Part shown: piece after piece, positions 28,020 through 32,000 of the stretch
Layout of the letters: each line of letters opens with the position of its first letter
Numbering within the stretch: the first letter of the stretch is position 1
DNA from: Promethearchaeum syntrophicum
GTDB lineage: Archaea; Asgardarchaeota; Lokiarchaeia; Sigyniarchaeales; Promethearchaeaceae
Assembly (NCBI RefSeq): GCF_008000775.2
Contig: NZ_CP042905.2
Span: 810,001-842,000, forward strand
Length of the DNA: 32,000 nt
Direction of reading: 5' to 3'
Position numbers and translations under genes: made by a program
The notes under the pieces: generated by a model
What the model was told of the DNA's origin: nothing
Seen by the model: only the letters and a program-made list of their open reading frames with translations
Database searches by the model: none

Positions 28020-29021
28020 ATGCAAATATTTGGTAAGATATCAAATAAAATGAGATTATTGGAAGCTTTATATTTAAATTCACGAGTTAAAATGAGTCGT
28101 TTAAGTGAAGATTTTCATCTTTCAAGGCAATCTATTTCTACTATGCGAAAGAACTTGTGGGAAAAAAATATTATTGCCTCCCCAGCAATAATTTTAAACC
28201 AACGGATGCTACATATGGAAAATTATATTATGGAAATTAAAACAAATCCTACAGAACCTGAAGTTTTAAGTAAATTGAAAAAGATTCCTGAGGTTACATC
28301 TGTTGATGGAATCATTGGAACATATGCATTAATAGTAAAATTTGAAGTTAGAAGTAAACAAAGATTTGCAGAGATATTAAGTGAACTTGACAAGCAAATT
28401 GCTCAATCTTCTTTTCAATCTTATAGAATTATTGAAACTATTGAGATTTTTAAAATAGGCGGATTTCAGTTTGGTTCCGATGATTCAGTCATTTCAATAA
28501 ATGAGAAGAAATGGGGGATTTTGGATTTACTCAAAAAGAATTATAATTTAAAACTATGGCCAGAAAGGAAAGATGATGAATTTTTTTCTGCGGAAGAGAA
28601 AAAAAAAATGAATAAAATCAATCTTTCTCGTGAATTGGATGGATTATTAAAAGAAAGGATTATCAAGGGCTTTTCTATCTCTTTTCATCATTTATCAGGT
28701 TCGAAGTATATATTTGAAGATTTTCAAATGAAATTTTACATGCGAATTAAACCTCAAAATATTGGTAGTTATAATGAGTTAGCAAGAAAATTAGTTTATG
28801 AACCAAATGTGATCGATTTATATAGAACGGGAGAAGATTTCGGATTATTTGCGGTAATACGAGCAAAAAACCTATTTGAATTTCAGAAATTTATTTATCA
28901 TCTTTATACAGATTTTAAAATAAAGGATACTTTTACTACCGTTGTAATAGATGAGCATTTTCCCGCAATTTTTCCTCCAACGTTAAATATTGCTAAGACT
29001 ATTTATGAAAATATGTCGTGA
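28020..29021 (+). CDS. Lrp/AsnC-like regulator with duplicated HTH plus ligand-binding-domain architecture
   Basis: N-terminal HTH RLSEDFHLSRQSISTMRKNLWEKNII, then an Lrp-like beta-alpha-beta region VLSKLKKIPEVTSVDGIIGTYALIVKFEVRS, followed by a second more divergent unit (INLSRELDGLLKERIIKGFS...PNVIDLYRTGEDFGLFAVIRAKN). The start could be ATG 28050. Confidence 0.7.
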   Translation: MQIFGKISNKMRLLEALYLNSRVKMSRLSEDFHLSRQSISTMRKNLWEKNIIASPAIILNQRMLHMENYIMEIKTNPTEPEVLSKLKKIPEVTSVDGIIGTYALIVKFEVRSKQRFAEILSELDKQIAQSSFQSYRIIETIEIFKIGGFQFGSDDSVISINEKKWGILDLLKKNYNLKLWPERKDDEFFSAEEKKKMNKINLSRELDGLLKERIIKGFSISFHHLSGSKYIFEDFQMKFYMRIKPQNIGSYNELARKLVYEPNVIDLYRTGEDFGLFAVIRAKNLFEFQKFIYHLYTDFKIKDTFTTVVIDEHFPAIFPPTLNIAKTIYENMS

Positions 29022-29099
29022 ATCATTATTTTAAGGAAAAAAAAACTAAAAAATCCAATTTCACTCAATTTTTATACTCATTGTTCTTCTGATATTTAT

Positions 29100-29615
29100 T
29101 TAAAAAATATCACTTGAGGTGACTGTTACATTGATATCTGTGTTAATTTCAACGGCAATTCCCCATATCATTACTGAAGTTATTCGGACTGTTGCAACCT
29201 TGGAATTTCCAAAAAAGATAAGATCTGCTAATAATAGATATTGTTCTCCACTTATATCATCCAGTAACACATCAATTATCATTGGGGACGGAGTCTTGGT
29301 GGCAGCAAAGGATGATGTTTGCCCCTCTCCTGAATATACTCCATCAAAATAGAGTTCAAATTGAGCATAATCAACTTCCACTGCGATACTCGTCGGGTTG
29401 GAAATACTTGCATGTATTTCTAAGTCCACGTCTATTGTCCGATTTAAAAATGTTCCCCCTTCACTAAAACCAGTAATATAAACGTGGTCAATATCAACTT
29501 CAATCTGGCTGACAGCATTATAATACAAACCACCGAATATACCTCCTCCTCCGAGGATAACTAGAATTATCGTTACTGCAAAGATAATCCCTTTTTTTTT
29601 TTTTGAAAGACTCAT
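29100..29615 (-). CDS. Single-pass membrane protein with a LEA14/WHy-like extracytoplasmic domain
   Basis: KKKKGIIFAVTIILVILGGGGIFGGL TM helix, then DVDLEIHASISNPTSIAVEVDYAQFELYFDGVYSGEGQTSSF resembling the WHy consensus (NPN..PV.V....Y.LY..G..VGEG). Confidence 0.55.
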   Translation of the reverse strand: MSLSKKKKGIIFAVTIILVILGGGGIFGGLYYNAVSQIEVDIDHVYITGFSEGGTFLNRTIDVDLEIHASISNPTSIAVEVDYAQFELYFDGVYSGEGQTSSFAATKTPSPMIIDVLLDDISGEQYLLLADLIFFGNSKVATVRITSVMIWGIAVEINTDINVTVTSSDIF

Positions 29616-29745
29616 ATTTTATTCACTGTTTAATTCTTTTGTAAACTGCTAATAATGGGTAATTCTATCAGCTCTAAAAATTTTTTTTGATTTCATTTTG
29701 AATTGTGAGAGTAAAAATAAATTGATAATATGATTAAGGATTTTT

Positions 29746-30993
29746 ATGTACGATTTTCTACTTTCAGATGAAGCGAAATTTTTAAAACAGCGAGCGCGCA
29801 AATTTGCGTCAGAAGTCCCAAAACAGTTATTAATTGATATGGACGCTGATAAAATCCAATATCCTACCAAATTTGTAAAAGATCTTGCAGATGCCCATTT
29901 GTTAGGCCTACGTTTTGATAAAAAATACGGAGGTCAAGAACAATCATGGGTAACCGAAATGGCTGTGTTGGAAGAGATTGGAGTGCTTTCCATGGCATTA
30001 AGCTGTTTATATTCCTTACCTAGTATATGTGGTGAATCTCTTAACAAATTCGGCACCGATATGCAAAAAGAAAGATATTTAAAACCTATGATCTCAGGGG
30101 AAAAGTATTGTGCTGAAGCCTTAACAGAACCTCGCGGAGGCTCTGATTTCTATGGGGCTACGACAATTGCAGAAAAAGAGGGAGACCAATACATACTTAA
30201 TGGGGAAAAAAGGTTTGTTGTTGGTGCTGAAGGGGCAGATTTCTTTTTAGTATACGCGAAAACCGATAAAAATGCTCCCAGTTATAAATCTATATCCATG
30301 TTTATAGTTGAACGTGATATGGGTGTTGAAGAAAAATATGTATATGGTTTATTAGGTACTAGAGGAGGGGGAGCTGGGCGTCTGTACTTTAAAGATGTTC
30401 AAGTACCAGCTGAAAATATCGTTATTGGGGAGGGGGAAGGAGGGCGTATATTTAATCAAATGATGTATCCCGAAAGAATGACAAGCGCCGCAGGGGTAAT
30501 TGGAATGGTGAATGCATCTATAAGAGTTGCAGCGAAATATTCTACTCAAAGAAAAGCATTTAATCAACCAATTAAAAAATTTCAAGCAGTTTCTTTTAAA
30601 ATCGCCGATTCGTTATGTTTAAATGATTCCGCAAGGGGGATTGTCAATATTGCAGCAAATGCTTTAGATAAACACCAAGATAATCCTTCATTATGTAGAA
30701 GATTAGTAAGTGAGGCGAAACGAGTTTCAACAGAAAATGCCTACAAGGCGATTGATAATTGTATGCAAATTATGGGTGGGATTGGTTACTGTAATATATA
30801 TCCTATTGAAAAAATGCTTCGAGATGTTAGACTTGCATCGATTTGGACAGGGACATCCGAAATTATGAATTTAATCATTCAACATGAATATTTTAAGCAA
30901 TTTGAAAAGAAAAAACAGGAAGATTCTACGTTCCGTGATATTGAAAATGATGCATCTGAAGCGGAAGCAGTTGATGAGAAAATATATGAATAG
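29746..30993 (+). CDS. Acyl-CoA dehydrogenase
   Basis: YCAEALTEPRGGSDFYGATTIAEKEGDQYILNGEKRFV, QRKAFNQPIKKFQAVSFKIADS, CMQIMGGIGYCNIYPIEKMLRDVRLASIWTGTSEIMNLIIQHEY. Confidence 0.95.
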   Translation: MYDFLLSDEAKFLKQRARKFASEVPKQLLIDMDADKIQYPTKFVKDLADAHLLGLRFDKKYGGQEQSWVTEMAVLEEIGVLSMALSCLYSLPSICGESLNKFGTDMQKERYLKPMISGEKYCAEALTEPRGGSDFYGATTIAEKEGDQYILNGEKRFVVGAEGADFFLVYAKTDKNAPSYKSISMFIVERDMGVEEKYVYGLLGTRGGGAGRLYFKDVQVPAENIVIGEGEGGRIFNQMMYPERMTSAAGVIGMVNASIRVAAKYSTQRKAFNQPIKKFQAVSFKIADSLCLNDSARGIVNIAANALDKHQDNPSLCRRLVSEAKRVSTENAYKAIDNCMQIMGGIGYCNIYPIEKMLRDVRLASIWTGTSEIMNLIIQHEYFKQFEKKKQEDSTFRDIENDASEAEAVDEKIYE

Positions 30994-31092
30994 GAAGTTG
31001 TAGAAAAAACTTCCACTAAAAAATTGGCCTACACAAAATTAAAAGATTATATTACATATTTTCTTTAGTGAGGAAGAAAGAAATACTTCGAG

Positions 31093-32000
31093 TTGGAGGG
31101 AAACACAATCGGAACTTGTAAATATTGCCAATCAAAGGATATTGAATATAAATGTCATATTTGTAATGAAGAATACTGCTTTAAGCACACTGGCTCAACT
31201 GATAAATATTATTGTAAAAAGCATACTAAACATCATCTAAATCGCATTCAAGCTGAAGTTCGTAAAAATCGTTGTCAGATTGTTGAATTTAGTCGTTGTC
31301 CTAGTTGTGGATCATTTTTGGAAATATCCAGTCTACCTAATGGTCAAAAATATTTACAATGTACAAAATGTTCTTGGAATTCTCGAACAAATTCCCCCAT
31401 CATTATTAATAATTCAGAAAAGCAAGTCTTGAGAGAAGCTGAAAGGTATGGATTATCGCGCCACGCTGAAAAATGTAATGAGAGATTAAAGCGTGATAAA
31501 GGTAAGGTTTATTGTCTTGATTGTTTTAGCAAAGAACTACAAGATAATATCGAAACATCATATTATCAACTACAACAAAAATTTGGATTAACAGAAACTG
31601 ATATTGAGTTAATTATAAACGAAATGTTATTATCAAAAACTATTGAGGGATTTTTAGATACAAAAAATAAAACTTTTGTTCATTTACTTCCTTCAATTGA
31701 AGCACAACTTGTTGCTGATTTGCATTCTCAAGGATATTTAGAATTAAATGCAATAAAAGATAAATTGAAAACCTCACCAAGTACCACAACTAGAATTATG
31801 ATAGAATTGATTAGAAAAAATAAGTTTAGAGGGACATTTACTAATCAGAAGAATCGGTATTTCTTAGAAGCGGGACTTACAAAACTCATATTGCAGGAAA
31901 TTCAAAATCAAGGAAAAGTTAATCATGCTGATCTAGCTAAGAAATACGATATTGCAGAAGGAAATGTAAAAAACTATGTTATGGCATTGATGAAGAATAA
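31093..32000 (+). CDS. Partial protein: CxxC/His zinc fingers plus tandem winged-helix (UFL1/PCI-like?) region, truncated at the right edge
   Basis: Manual translation from TTG 31093 with an in-frame upstream stop at 31069. The frame is open to the window end: MEGNTIGTCKYCQSKDIEYKCHICNEEYCFKHTGSTDKYYCKKHTKHH...FSRCPSCGSFLE..QKYLQCTKCSWNSR...KVYCLDCFSKELQ...VMALMKN. It is absent from the supplied ORF track. Confidence 0.75.
   Translation, partial: MEGNTIGTCKYCQSKDIEYKCHICNEEYCFKHTGSTDKYYCKKHTKHHLNRIQAEVRKNRCQIVEFSRCPSCGSFLEISSLPNGQKYLQCTKCSWNSRTNSPIIINNSEKQVLREAERYGLSRHAEKCNERLKRDKGKVYCLDCFSKELQDNIETSYYQLQQKFGLTETDIELIINEMLLSKTIEGFLDTKNKTFVHLLPSIEAQLVADLHSQGYLELNAIKDKLKTSPSTTTRIMIELIRKNKFRGTFTNQKNRYFLEAGLTKLILQEIQNQGKVNHADLAKKYDIAEGNVKNYVMALMKN

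Noticed and set aside
30994-31092. Possible frameshifted extension of the acyl-CoA dehydrogenase or fusion to the next gene
   Set aside because: There is a normal stop after EAVDEKIYE. The next frame has its own upstream stop at 31069 and a plausible TTG start at 31093.
1-32000. CRISPR arrays, IS elements, integrases, phage genes
   Set aside because: Read intergenic regions for regularly spaced repeats, terminal inverted repeats and transposase motifs and saw none. The window looks like an ordinary chromosomal region.
1-32000. tRNA genes in the gaps
   Set aside because: No intergenic segment showed a convincing T-arm GGTTCRANTCC plus matching acceptor stem. tRNAscan-SE would settle this.

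Overview
This is a 32 kb AT-rich, densely coded archaeal window. The style suggests an Asgard/Lokiarchaeota-like genome, inferred from archaeal-type ProRS, ArgRS, AdoHcy hydrolase and RpiA, tandem winged-helix proteins and a longin-like protein; the taxonomy is not proven. Housekeeping genes are dut-like, a cysteine desulfurase, argS, rpiA, proS, ahcY, an acyl-CoA synthetase and an acyl-CoA dehydrogenase. I found no CRISPR array, transposase, integrase, rRNA or convincing tRNA. Best candidates for something undescribed: (1) a co-directional block at 5683-13510 with a tail-anchored subtilase, a membrane DUF457/YdjM-like protein, a stand-alone NuoCD/HycE-like protein that has lost both nickel-ligand Cys motifs, and two adjacent paralogs that together carry four copies of an approximately 280-aa domain I do not recognise; (2) a two-gene membrane redox pair at 18637-19492, combining a cytochrome-b561-like 4-TM protein with a membrane-anchored domain resembling superoxide reductase/neelaredoxin; (3) an RlmN/Cfr-family radical SAM protein that keeps the C-terminal methyl-carrier Cys but lacks the Cys preceding the cluster motif, next to a coupled isochorismatase-like/TrxR-like pair; (4) a zinc-finger plus tandem winged-helix protein running off the right edge that is absent from the supplied ORF track and has a layout reminiscent of UFL1. 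All homology statements come from motif recognition by eye, with no database search.
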